DNA from: Oscillospiraceae bacterium
GTDB taxonomy: Bacteria > Bacillota > Clostridia > Oscillospirales > Oscillospiraceae
DNA length: 64,000 nt
Reading direction: 5' to 3'
Assembly (NCBI GenBank): GCA_017434755.1
Contig: JAFRER010000016.1
Span: 86,391 to 150,390 of the forward strand
A model generated the notes under the pieces. The model did not search any database, was not told the origin of the DNA, and was given only the letters and a program-made list of their open reading frames with translations. Positions 1 to 8,029 of the stretch are shown one piece after another (within the stretch, counting starts at the first letter, position 1; each line of letters starts with the position of its first letter). Both the position numbers and the translations under genes were made by a program.

Positions 1-90
1 AAGGGACAGATATGTCAGCTGAATTCACGGCTTTGGTATAATGCATGAGTGTACACAGACTCTGAGAAAGATCTTCTGATAAGGATAATG

Positions 91-136
91 CTCTCCCCCT
101 CATCAAATATGGCCTAAGGGGGAGAGATGTTTTTTT
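91..136 (+). terminator. Rho-independent terminator of a transcription unit lying upstream of the window
   Basis: Perfect 10-bp stem CTCTCCCCCT (91-100) / AGGGGGAGAG (117-126), 16-nt loop, followed by ATGTTTTTTT. Confidence 0.6.
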
Positions 137-152
137 ACAAAAAAATGTAAAG
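133..152. promoter_or_regulatory. Candidate operator 1 (imperfect inverted repeat TTTTACA-N6-TGTAAAG) just upstream of the -35 box
   Basis: The half-site TGTAAAG recurs in operator 2. The 10-mer ATGTAAAGCA is repeated exactly at 145-154 and 191-200. Confidence 0.45.
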
Positions 153-157
153 CACGC

Positions 158-186
158 TTGACATGGACTGCGGCGTGTGATACTAT
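158..186 (+). promoter_or_regulatory. SigA/sigma-70-type promoter of the XRE-regulator operon
   Basis: TTGACA (158-163), 17-nt spacer, TACTAT (181-186), with a TG extended -10 at 178-179. Lies 31 nt upstream of the ATG at 217. Confidence 0.7.
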
Positions 187-190
187 GAGG

Positions 191-210
191 ATGTAAAGCA
201 AACTTTACAT
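191..210. promoter_or_regulatory. Candidate operator 2: perfect palindrome ATGTAAAG-CAAA-CTTTACAT between the -10 box and the start codon
   Basis: 8-bp perfect inverted arms with a 4-nt spacer. The position fits autorepression by the adjacent HTH protein. Confidence 0.55.
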
Positions 211-216
211 ATAAAG

Positions 217-429
217 ATGGAAGGTGAGGCTTTGAAAAACCGGATTGAAGAGATCCGCAACGAAAAGGGCATGCTGCAGGAAGAACTGGCAAAGGCTCTC
301 GGCGTCTCGCGGCAGACGATCAGCTCGCTGGAGAACGGACGGTATAATCCTTCCATAGGTCTGGCGTACAAGGTGGCAAAGCTGTTCGGGATGGCCATAG
401 AGGATGTTTTCATTTTTGAGGAGGAATGA
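217..429 (+). CDS. XRE/Cro-C1 family helix-turn-helix transcriptional regulator (YozG-like, 70 aa)
   Basis: Motif LAKALGVSRQTISSLENGRYNPSIGLAYKVAKLF is a classic XRE HTH. Its stop overlaps the next start (ATGA at 426-429). Confidence 0.9.
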   Translation: MEGEALKNRIEEIRNEKGMLQEELAKALGVSRQTISSLENGRYNPSIGLAYKVAKLFGMAIEDVFIFEEE

Positions 430-839
430 GCATGGTCTATAATAATAAAAAGCTCCTGCTGAGCGTATTGTGGATACTGGCCGGAGCGGCGCTGCTGGTG
501 CTGTCGATTACGGAGGTTCTGAAGGAGGCCGTCTATGCCGGAATGGGCGGTGCGCTGGTCGCCGTCGGCGTGCTGCAGGTGGTGCGAAACCTGCGATACC
601 GGAAGGACGAGGAATACAAGGAGAAAGTGGACACGGAAGTGAACGACGAGCGCATGAGCTTCCTCCGCATGAAGAGCTGGTCGTGGACCGGATATCTGAT
701 GATCCTGATCGAGGGGATCGGCGTGATCGTCGCGCTTGTGCTCGGTCAGCGCACCATACAGCTGGTGCTGTCGTATTCGGTATGTCTGATACTGGTGATC
801 TACTGGATCAGCTATCTTGTCCTCAGCAGAAAATACTGA
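426..839 (+). CDS. Small integral membrane protein partnered with the XRE regulator (DUF2178-like, 137 aa)
   Basis: 3-4 hydrophobic helices. Translationally coupled to the HTH gene. The family name is from memory of the common YozG/DUF2178 pairing. Confidence 0.7.
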   Translation: MSMVYNNKKLLLSVLWILAGAALLVLSITEVLKEAVYAGMGGALVAVGVLQVVRNLRYRKDEEYKEKVDTEVNDERMSFLRMKSWSWTGYLMILIEGIGVIVALVLGQRTIQLVLSYSVCLILVIYWISYLVLSRKY

Positions 840-854
840 ACAATAAAAGAAAAA

Positions 855-886
855 GCGGACAGAAGGGTTTCCTCTGTCCGCTTTTC
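855..886 (+). terminator. Rho-independent terminator
   Basis: Stem GCGGACAGA (855-863) / TCTGTCCGC (873-881) followed by TTTT. Confidence 0.75.
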
Positions 887-1064
887 CGGGTCTCCAGGCT
901 GCGGCTTCAGACATACACTTGTTGAAAATATCTCATGCCGGCATTTCTGACTAAGGGAGAAATGGTCACTTTGCATAAAACGAGGCTTTTTCTTTTCCGG
1001 CAATTGTGTTATACTGTAATCAAAGAAGGCATACCCGAAAAAGATCCAAAGGAAGTGTTTTGTT

Positions 1065-2813
1065 ATGAGATATCTTCTTTCCGGCAACGAAGCCATCGCC
1101 CGCGGAGCCTATGAGGCGGGCGTGAAAGTCTGTTCCGCCTATCCGGGCACACCCAGCACCGAGATTTTCGAGGAGCTGCCCAAGTATAAGGATGCGCTCT
1201 ACTGCGAGTGGGCCCCCAACGAGAAGGTGGCCACGGAGTTTGCCTACGGCGCGGCGATTGCGGGCGTACGGAGCATGACGGCGATGAAGCACGTAGGTCT
1301 GAACGTCGCAGCGGACCCCATGTTCACCGCCTCTTATAACGGTGTCCTCGGCGGCTTCGTGATCGTGACCTCGGACGACCCCAGCATGCATTCCTCCCAG
1401 AACGAGCAGGATAACCGCCAGTACGCGAAGTTTGCGAAAATAGCGCTGATCGAGCCATCCGATTCCCAGGAGTGCAAGGATTTCATGCGCGACGCCTTCG
1501 AGATCTCCGAGCGGTTCGACATGCCGGTGCTCTTCCGCAGCACGACCCGCATCTCCCATTCCAAGAGCCTTGTGGAGTTCGGCGAGCGCACCGAGATCCC
1601 GCCGAAGCCCTATGAGAAGAACGTCTTCAAGAATGACTGCGCGCCCGGCTTCGCGTACAAGAAACGCGCCAAGGTCGAAAAGATGCTGACGGAGCTGGAG
1701 GAGTACGGCTGCACCAGCAGGCTGAACAAGGTGGAGTACGGCGACGGGGAGGTCGGCGTCATCACCTGCTCGATCGCGTATCAGTACGCCAAGGAGGTCT
1801 TCCCCGAGGGGACCTCGTTCCTGAAGCTGGGCCTCACGAACCCGCTGCCGATGAAGCTGATAAAGGAATTCGCCTCAAAGGTGAAGAAGCTCTATGTCGT
1901 GGAGGAGCTCGAGGGCTTCATGGAGCAGCAGATCAAGGCCGCCGGGATCGACTGCGTCGGCAAGGAGCTGGTGAGCAACATGTACGAGCTCAATCCCCAG
2001 CGCCTGCGGCAGATGATCTACGGCATCGAACCCGAGGTGAAGGAGCTGCCCGTGAAGGCGGTCTCCCGTCCGCCCACACTGTGCCCCGGCTGCCCCCACA
2101 GAGGATTCTACTATGCGATCGCAAAGCATAAGGACGTGATCGTCACCGGCGATATCGGCTGCTACACCCTCGGCGACAATCCGCCTCTCAGCGCCGTGCA
2201 CACCTGCATCTGCATGGGCGCCGGCTTCTCGGCCGGTGCCGGCATGGCCAGAGCCTTCGAGGAGACCGGCAATCCGAAGAAGTTCTTCGGCGTGGTGGGC
2301 GATTCCACCTTCTTCCACAGCGGCATGACCGGCGCCGTGGAGATTATCTACAACAAGGCGAACATGATCCCGGTGGTGATGGACAACCACATCACGGGCA
2401 TGACGGGCCATCAGGACAACCCCGGCAGCGGATTCACCCTGCAGGGCGATGTGGCGAACGCGGTGAAGATCGAGGACGTGCTCTCCGCCTTCGGATACAA
2501 GAAGATCCTGATCGTGGATCCCTGGGATCTCAAAGCCACTGACGATGCGATCAACGAGGCAATCGCCTCGGATGTGCCCGCCGCGATCATAAGCCGCCGA
2601 CCCTGCCTCATGATCAAGCGGATGAAGCACGAGACGGGCCTGTGCCGCGTAGATCCCGACAAGTGCATAGGCTGCAGGATGTGCCTGAAGGTCGGCTGCC
2701 CGGCTATCAGCATTATCGACGGCAAGTCCGTCATCGATCCGACCCAGTGCAAAGGCTGCACGATCTGCGCCCAGGTATGCCCGAAGGGCGCCATCAGCAG
2801 GGAGGAGGTCTGA
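1065..2813 (+). CDS. iorA: Indolepyruvate:ferredoxin oxidoreductase subunit alpha
   Basis: 582 aa. N-terminus MRYLLSGNEAIARGAYEAG. TPP-binding region GDIGCYT...GDSTFFHSG. C-terminal 2x[4Fe-4S] motifs CIGCRMCLKVGCP and CKGCTICAQVCP. Followed by iorB. Confidence 0.9.
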   Translation: MRYLLSGNEAIARGAYEAGVKVCSAYPGTPSTEIFEELPKYKDALYCEWAPNEKVATEFAYGAAIAGVRSMTAMKHVGLNVAADPMFTASYNGVLGGFVIVTSDDPSMHSSQNEQDNRQYAKFAKIALIEPSDSQECKDFMRDAFEISERFDMPVLFRSTTRISHSKSLVEFGERTEIPPKPYEKNVFKNDCAPGFAYKKRAKVEKMLTELEEYGCTSRLNKVEYGDGEVGVITCSIAYQYAKEVFPEGTSFLKLGLTNPLPMKLIKEFASKVKKLYVVEELEGFMEQQIKAAGIDCVGKELVSNMYELNPQRLRQMIYGIEPEVKELPVKAVSRPPTLCPGCPHRGFYYAIAKHKDVIVTGDIGCYTLGDNPPLSAVHTCICMGAGFSAGAGMARAFEETGNPKKFFGVVGDSTFFHSGMTGAVEIIYNKANMIPVVMDNHITGMTGHQDNPGSGFTLQGDVANAVKIEDVLSAFGYKKILIVDPWDLKATDDAINEAIASDVPAAIISRRPCLMIKRMKHETGLCRVDPDKCIGCRMCLKVGCPAISIIDGKSVIDPTQCKGCTICAQVCPKGAISREEV

Positions 2814-2816
2814 ACC

Positions 2817-3389
2817 ATGAAAAAGAGCGTCATCCTTGTGGGAGTGGGCGGTCAGGGAGCGATCCTCACCGCGAAGATACTCGTCAACGGCCTCATCAGC
2901 AAGGGCTATGATGTGAAAATGTCCGAGGTGCACGGCATGAGCCAGAGAGGCGGAAGTGTTTCCACCCAGGTGCATTTCGGCGATAAGATCTATGCTCCCG
3001 TGATCGGAAAGGGCGGAGCGGACATCCTGGTGGCCTTCGAGAAGATGGAAGCCGTGCGCTATGCGGACTTTCTCAAGCCCGACGGCATCGCCGTCATAAA
3101 TGATTTCGCCATGCCCAGCTCCACCACGTCCGCGGGGCTGTGCGAATACCCCGAAGGCTGCGTGGAGGCCATGCAGGCGGCCTTCAAATGCCACGTGCTG
3201 GACGCCGCGGACATAGCCCTGTCCCTCGGCAACGCCCGATGCATGAACGTGGTGCTCTTCGGCGCAATGACCGCCGTCCTCGGCATGGACGACATTGACT
3301 GGGAGAGCGTCATCCGGGAGACCGTGCCCGCGAAGTCCGTGGAGCTCAACCTGCGCGCCTACAGGGCGGGCCGGGATGCCGTGAGCTGA
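2817..3389 (+). CDS. iorB: Indolepyruvate:ferredoxin oxidoreductase subunit beta
   Basis: 190 aa. N-terminus ILVGVGGQGAILTAKIL is typical of the gamma-like domain of 2-oxoacid:Fd oxidoreductases. Lies 3 nt after iorA. Confidence 0.88.
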   Translation: MKKSVILVGVGGQGAILTAKILVNGLISKGYDVKMSEVHGMSQRGGSVSTQVHFGDKIYAPVIGKGGADILVAFEKMEAVRYADFLKPDGIAVINDFAMPSSTTSAGLCEYPEGCVEAMQAAFKCHVLDAADIALSLGNARCMNVVLFGAMTAVLGMDDIDWESVIRETVPAKSVELNLRAYRAGRDAVS

Positions 3390-3460
3390 TCATCCGAAAA
3401 ACTGAATATACATTCAGAAGAGCCGTCGGAAGGATCCGGCGGCTCCGGTCATAATTTCGG

Positions 3461-3501
3461 GGAAAAAGAAAGATCCCTGCGAATGACCGGTTCGCAGGGA
3501 T
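3461..3501 (-). terminator. Probable minus-strand intrinsic terminator downstream of tupC
   Basis: Perfect 11-bp stem ATCCCTGCGAA (473-483) / TTCGCAGGGAT (491-501). The A-rich run on the plus strand gives a T tract on the minus strand. It lies about 160 nt from the tupC stop, so the assignment is uncertain. Confidence 0.45.
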
Positions 3502-3661
3502 TCTGAGAGGGGGTTGAGAGGTGATTTGAAAGATATTCATCTTGTCTGCGGATAAAATAGCACATCAAAAAACCCGACGCAAGCCCCCCGGGGGGATATT
3601 TCTTCAAAATAATTATAGAAATTTTTGAATATTTATTCAAAACTCTGAATAATATGCAGGA

Positions 3662-4315
3662 TCATGCCCCATAGAATTCGAGAAAGCGTCTTGTCTCCTC
3701 CTTCGCGGGATTGGAGAGAATTTTTTCTGCAGGTCCCTGCTCCGTCAGCTTCCCGTTCCGCAGAAACAGGACATTGTCCGCGATCCTTTTTGCCTGCCGG
3801 ATGCTGTGGGTTATCAGGACCAAAGCGCAGCCGGTGCGGCTGCAACAGTCTCTGATCAGCTTCTCCGCGGCGAGAGTGGACTCCATGTCCATGCTTGCGG
3901 TCGGCTCGTCCAGGATCAGCAGATCATAGCTTCCCATGAGGATGCGGGCGAGAGCCATCTTGGCCGTCTCACCGCCGGAGAGCTTTTTCGCCTTGCGCTT
4001 TGCGACGGGATCCAGCTTCAAAGCGGCCATGAGCTCCCGCATCCGCTCCGTGTCGCTTCCGTTAAGGGCAATGTTCCGCTCCGTACTCATCCGGAAGGCA
4101 TAGCTTTTCTGGGGCAAATACCCGACAGCCGCTCCCGTGAGCGGACGGGATCTTCCGTCAGGCGCTTCGATGCCGGCAAGGACCTTTGCAAGGGTGGACT
4201 TGCCGCTGCCGTTTGCTCCTATGACGGCGGTGACCGTTCCTTCACACCATTCGAATGCCGGCATGTCGAGCACCGTGACGCCTGTGTAGCTTTTTTTGAA
4301 TGCGCTGCTTTTCAT
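3662..4315 (-). CDS. tupC: Tungstate ABC transporter ATP-binding protein
   Basis: Walker A GANGSGKST, signature LSGGE, Walker B LLILDEP. I place the start at ATG 4315, which overlaps the tupB stop (ATGA). The longer ORF to 4660 is an Arg/His-rich upstream extension. Confidence 0.85.
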   Translation of the reverse strand: MKSSAFKKSYTGVTVLDMPAFEWCEGTVTAVIGANGSGKSTLAKVLAGIEAPDGRSRPLTGAAVGYLPQKSYAFRMSTERNIALNGSDTERMRELMAALKLDPVAKRKAKKLSGGETAKMALARILMGSYDLLILDEPTASMDMESTLAAEKLIRDCCSRTGCALVLITHSIRQAKRIADNVLFLRNGKLTEQGPAEKILSNPAKEETRRFLEFYGA

Positions 4316-4998
4316 CGGCTGAGCCTCCTTTGCATAAGGCTGAGCACGATGTTCACCAGCAGCGAAAGCGTCAGCAATATGAGTCCGAGGGCGATGCCGA
4401 GGGTGAAATTGCCGCGGTTGGTGTACTGCATGATCGCGGTGGTCATCACATTGGTCTTCCAGGCGATGGCGCCGCCGACCATGGACACTGCTCCGACCTC
4501 TGCTATGGCGCGGGCAAAGGCAAGCAGATAGGACGAGAAGATGGGATAGACACATTCGTTCACCAGCAGGCCGAAGCGCTTCCACGGCCCGAATCCGAGC
4601 CCCTTCGCGGTCTCCCGCAGGGGAAGGGCAATGTCCGCTGTGAAGGTCTCCATGCTGCATGTTACGAGGGGCGTGATCAGCACCACCTGGGCGATGATCA
4701 TCAGCCGGACGGTGAACAGCAGCTGCAGGTGCCGGAAGGGCCCCACGCCCGAAAACAGCATATAGAACAGCAGACCGCAGACTACAGGCGGCATGCCCAT
4801 GAGCGTGCGGTTGAGCACTGTGAGCGCGTTCCTGCCCGGAAACCGGCGCGCGCCGAGAAGCATCCCCAGAGGGATGCCGATGAGCAGGGCTATGAGGGAA
4901 CTGGTGAGGCTCACCCGCGCGGTGGTCGCGAGGATGTTCAGCAGTTCCTTATCACCGGTGAGGATGAGCTCTATTGCTTTTCGGATAGAAGAACCCAT
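4312..4998 (-). CDS. tupB: Tungstate ABC transporter permease
   Basis: 228 aa, about 5 TM helices, MetI-like permease fold. Operon position lies between tupA and tupC. Confidence 0.85.
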   Translation of the reverse strand: MGSSIRKAIELILTGDKELLNILATTARVSLTSSLIALLIGIPLGMLLGARRFPGRNALTVLNRTLMGMPPVVCGLLFYMLFSGVGPFRHLQLLFTVRLMIIAQVVLITPLVTCSMETFTADIALPLRETAKGLGFGPWKRFGLLVNECVYPIFSSYLLAFARAIAEVGAVSMVGGAIAWKTNVMTTAIMQYTNRGNFTLGIALGLILLTLSLLVNIVLSLMQRRLSR

Positions 4999-5056
4999 AA
5001 CGGATGTCCTTTGCCGCGGCTCCGGAGGGATCCGGCAGCCGCCTGTTCAGTATCGG

Positions 5057-6058
5057 TCAGCCTATGACGCCGTCGCTGGCAACGAAGGTGAGGAAGGTGG
5101 CCTTGTCGGTAAGGATATAGGCGTGCATCTGCTCTGCCATGACAAGGCAGGCGCCCATGCCGGCATTGGCGGAGATGTACCAGTCGGTATAGTCCTTGAA
5201 GCTTTCGGCTTCTGCGGTGATGCCGAGCTCTTCGGGCCAAAGGCTGATCTCCTTGGTGTGGGTGCCGGAACCGTCGCCGCGGGAGATGAAGGGGAACTTG
5301 CCGTCAGCGATGGCCTCGAAGGCAGCCGGCACATCGGCCGCGTCCTTCACGCCCGCGGGGTCGTCGGAGGGGCCGCAGAGCACAAAGTAGTTGTACATCC
5401 AGTTGAGCCGTTCGGCCTCCATGCCGTCGAGCACATAAGAGAATCCGTCGGCGATGAAGGCCTCCTCCTGTTTTTTGGAGTGGACGAGGATCAGGTCGGC
5501 GTTGCCCATTTTGGCATTGGCGATGGACTTGCCGGTGCCGGCGGAGTAGACCTCCACCTCATAACCGTACTTCTCCTCAAAGACGGGGAGAAGATAGCCC
5601 AGAAGACCGGAGTCGTTCACGGAGGTGGTGGTGGAAAGACGGATCTTTCCGGTATCTTCCGTTGCCGCAGGGATCTCCGCGGTGGAGACGGGGCGCTCGT
5701 CTTTCAGATAGAACAGGTATTCGCCGTACTGTTCAAAGCCGTAGTTGGCGGCCAGCTCCTGACCTTCTTCGGAAAGCAGCCAGTTGATAAGCGCGGCGGC
5801 CCCGATGGCGTTTATCGCGACATCATCGACTGCGTTGCCGTCGGCATCGGCAAAAGGCGCCTCGGGGTTGACGGCAAGAAGGCTGTAGTTGTTGATCATG
5901 GCGTCATCCGCTTCCTTCAGAATGCAGGTGTCCACGACCAGCGCGTCCGACTTCGGAGCAGAGCCGCCGGTAGCAGCAAGCGGCGCTTCGGCCTTGCCGC
6001 AGGCGCAGAGGGCGAGGATCATGACAAGTGCCAGGAGAAGAGATAAGAACTTTTTCAT
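5057..6058 (-). CDS. tupA: Tungstate-binding lipoprotein, TupA family, apparently circularly permuted
   Basis: Lipobox LALCAC|G. TTTS motif at residues 143-146, then VNDSGLLGYLLPVFE...GTG...SRGDGSGTH. The usual C-terminal segment (..YSLLAVNPE...INWLLSEEGQ..) sits at residues about 55-118. Confidence 0.85.
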   Translation of the reverse strand: MKKFLSLLLALVMILALCACGKAEAPLAATGGSAPKSDALVVDTCILKEADDAMINNYSLLAVNPEAPFADADGNAVDDVAINAIGAAALINWLLSEEGQELAANYGFEQYGEYLFYLKDERPVSTAEIPAATEDTGKIRLSTTTSVNDSGLLGYLLPVFEEKYGYEVEVYSAGTGKSIANAKMGNADLILVHSKKQEEAFIADGFSYVLDGMEAERLNWMYNYFVLCGPSDDPAGVKDAADVPAAFEAIADGKFPFISRGDGSGTHTKEISLWPEELGITAEAESFKDYTDWYISANAGMGACLVMAEQMHAYILTDKATFLTFVASDGVIG

Positions 6059-6115
6059 ATTATCCTCCGAATAATGGGATTTATCTGGTTCCGGGAGCGG
6101 ATGGGCGCCCCGCGG

Positions 6116-8026
6116 TCAAAATACGTCGATCAGTTCGCCGGGGCGGTCGAGGGTATAGCCGCCCATGGCCTCGATGCGCTCACGGAACGCATCGCTTTTG
6201 AGGGTGCGCAGGAGCTGACGGACCAGGGAGCTGTTCCATACGGTCTCGGGGATGAGCAGATCGTATTCCTCGGTGCAGACGGGCAGAAAATCGAGCCCGT
6301 AGAGCTTTGCCGCGGAATAGATGCCCATGCCGGCGTCCGCGCTGTTTTCGGCGATCTGCACCGCCACGGCGTTGTGGGTGGTCTCCTCCCGGTCGTAGCC
6401 GTAGACGGATGCGGGATTCACGCCTTCCTTCCGGCAGAGATGATCGGCGAGAATCCGCGTGCCGGAACCCTTTTGCCGATTCACGTAGCGCACGCCCTCG
6501 CGGGCTATGTCCGCAAAACAGCGGATCCCTAGGGGATTGTCCTTCTGCAGCATAAGGCCCTGCAGTCTCCCGACGCAGCGCACGAGACGGACGCCGCCCT
6601 GCGGGAAGTATTTTTTTAGATAACTCCGGTTGTATTCGCCGGTCTCCGTGTCGAGCAGATGGATGCCCGCGGCGTGGGCCTCCCCGCGGCGGATCGCCAT
6701 GATCCCGCCCATGGAACCCACGTGGGAGGAGGAGAGGAAGATGCTCCTGTCCCCCCGATGGAGTAGGTCAGCAAGTTCGTCCAGAAGCGGATCGTGGCTG
6801 CCGATCACCACCAGCGTATTCTTCAGTTTTTTCTTCGAGCCCAGCAGTCTCACGCGCACTGCCTCACCCGCCGAGAAGCCCTCCATGTTCTGCGGGACTT
6901 CCAGGATCCCGTCGGCCTTCATGAAGGAGGACACGACCCCGCTGCCCCGCGGCAGGGGAGAGGCGACCAGTTTATCACCGACATATCCCATGCGTACCCG
7001 CACGAATTCCCTGTATTTCAGTCCGGAGACCACCGGCCTTGACAGGACGGCGGATGTGCGTGTTCCGGTGTCCGACTGTCTGCCGTACCATGCGTCCAGG
7101 AGCGGATACAGGAGCTCCTCTATGACGATCATGCCGGATACGGGATAGCCGGGCACACCGAGTATGGGCTTTTCGCCGCGGCAGCCCAGGATGGCGGGCT
7201 TGCCGGGTTTGATGGCGATGCCGTGGAAAAGGACCTCGCCGGTCTTTTTTACGGCTTCCGCCGAATAATCGTCCCGGCCCGCGGAGGATCCCGCGTTGAT
7301 GATCACCATGTCGCATTCGTCCGCGGCCTTTTCGAGCATTGCGCAGATCTCGTCGAAGCGGTCCGGCACGACGGGGTATGTTTTTGCCTCCGCGCCGTGG
7401 CCGGTGAGCATGGCGCGGAAGATGGAGGAGTTGAATTCCAGAATGTCGCCGGGCTTCGGATCGGCGCAGGGAGGAACGATCTCGTCGCCCGTGGGGATGA
7501 TCCCGACCAGCGGCCTGCGTATGACTTCCAGCTCCGTGACGCCGCCCGCTATGAGCGCGCCGATCGCCGCGGGAGTAACCTCCGTGAAGGAGGGCAGGAT
7601 CATCTCGCCGGCGCAGATATCCTCGCCGATCTGCCGTATGTGCTGCCACGGGGCTGCGGAGGTGTGGAGGGTCACAGCGCCGTCTTCGCTGAAAACGAGA
7701 TCCTCCGCCATGATGACGGCGTCGCAGCCGGCCGGAACGGGATCGCCGGTGTCCACCTGCGTGAAGCGGTCCGGCGGGAGCGTCACGGGGGTGGTCTCCG
7801 TGGCGCCGAAGCTGTCCCGCGCGGCGATGGCGATGCCGTCCATGGCGCTTGCGGCGTAATGCGGGGCGTTGCTTTTGGCATATACCGCGCGGGAGGTGAT
7901 CCTTCCGCAGGCGCCGCTGACCGGGACGGTCTCATTCTCTGCGGAAAAACCCTTTTCCAGCAGCTTTGTCAAATATTCCGCTCTGGCCTGTTCCAGAGGA
8001 ACGTTGGTAAGATAACTGAATCCCAT
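6116..8026 (-). CDS. moeA: Molybdopterin molybdo/tungsto-transferase MoeA fused to a C-terminal PBP-like (molybdate/tungstate-binding type) domain
   Basis: 636 aa. MoeA N/MoCF-binding/C domains span about residues 1-400 (SAMDGIA, INAGSSAGRDDY). The C-terminal region of about 230 aa (VIGSHDP...GSGTR...) resembles the cytoplasmic PBP-like domain found in ModE/TunR-like proteins. Confidence 0.85.
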   Translation of the reverse strand: MGFSYLTNVPLEQARAEYLTKLLEKGFSAENETVPVSGACGRITSRAVYAKSNAPHYAASAMDGIAIAARDSFGATETTPVTLPPDRFTQVDTGDPVPAGCDAVIMAEDLVFSEDGAVTLHTSAAPWQHIRQIGEDICAGEMILPSFTEVTPAAIGALIAGGVTELEVIRRPLVGIIPTGDEIVPPCADPKPGDILEFNSSIFRAMLTGHGAEAKTYPVVPDRFDEICAMLEKAADECDMVIINAGSSAGRDDYSAEAVKKTGEVLFHGIAIKPGKPAILGCRGEKPILGVPGYPVSGMIVIEELLYPLLDAWYGRQSDTGTRTSAVLSRPVVSGLKYREFVRVRMGYVGDKLVASPLPRGSGVVSSFMKADGILEVPQNMEGFSAGEAVRVRLLGSKKKLKNTLVVIGSHDPLLDELADLLHRGDRSIFLSSSHVGSMGGIMAIRRGEAHAAGIHLLDTETGEYNRSYLKKYFPQGGVRLVRCVGRLQGLMLQKDNPLGIRCFADIAREGVRYVNRQKGSGTRILADHLCRKEGVNPASVYGYDREETTHNAVAVQIAENSADAGMGIYSAAKLYGLDFLPVCTEEYDLLIPETVWNSSLVRQLLRTLKSDAFRERIEAMGGYTLDRPGELIDVF

Positions 8027-8029
8027 CTT

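Noticed and set aside
470-925. 151-aa ORF in an alternative frame over the XRE-partner membrane gene
   Set aside because: The translation is Arg/Gly-rich with no RBS. The 426-839 frame encodes a coherent multi-TM protein that is translationally coupled to the HTH gene.
1875-3194. Long antisense ORFs opposite real genes. Examples: 1875-3194(-), 4793-6046(+), 7223-8122(+), 9922-11472(-), 12635-13672(-), 13706-14632(-), 16789-18093(+), 22140-23408(-), 23436-24809(-), 24985-26211(-), 33857-35719(-), 42980-44638(+), 45210-46991(-), 49084-50646(-), 51758-53032(-), 53040-54371(-), 60454-61656(+)
   Set aside because: Their translations are Arg/Gly/His/Ala/Asp-rich with no recognisable motifs. That composition is typical of stop-poor antisense frames in GC-rich coding DNA. 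In every case the opposite strand encodes a protein with clear family motifs.
3346-3640. Small ORFs 3346-3540(-) and 3449-3640(-) in the iorB/tupC spacer
   Set aside because: No RBS, odd composition, and they overlap the terminator hairpins. I treat the region as non-coding.
3662-4660. N-terminally extended versions of several ORFs in the track: 3662-4660, 9170-10180, 16795-18003, 20495-21664, 24973-27291, 31901-32776, 38847-39548, 39509-40966, 57121-58503, 60159-60863, 60598-61668
   Set aside because: The extensions are low-complexity or overlap the neighbouring gene or promoter. Internal ATG/GTG/TTG codons with RBS-like purine tracts give proteins that start where the family normally starts. 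The shorter coordinates are used instead.
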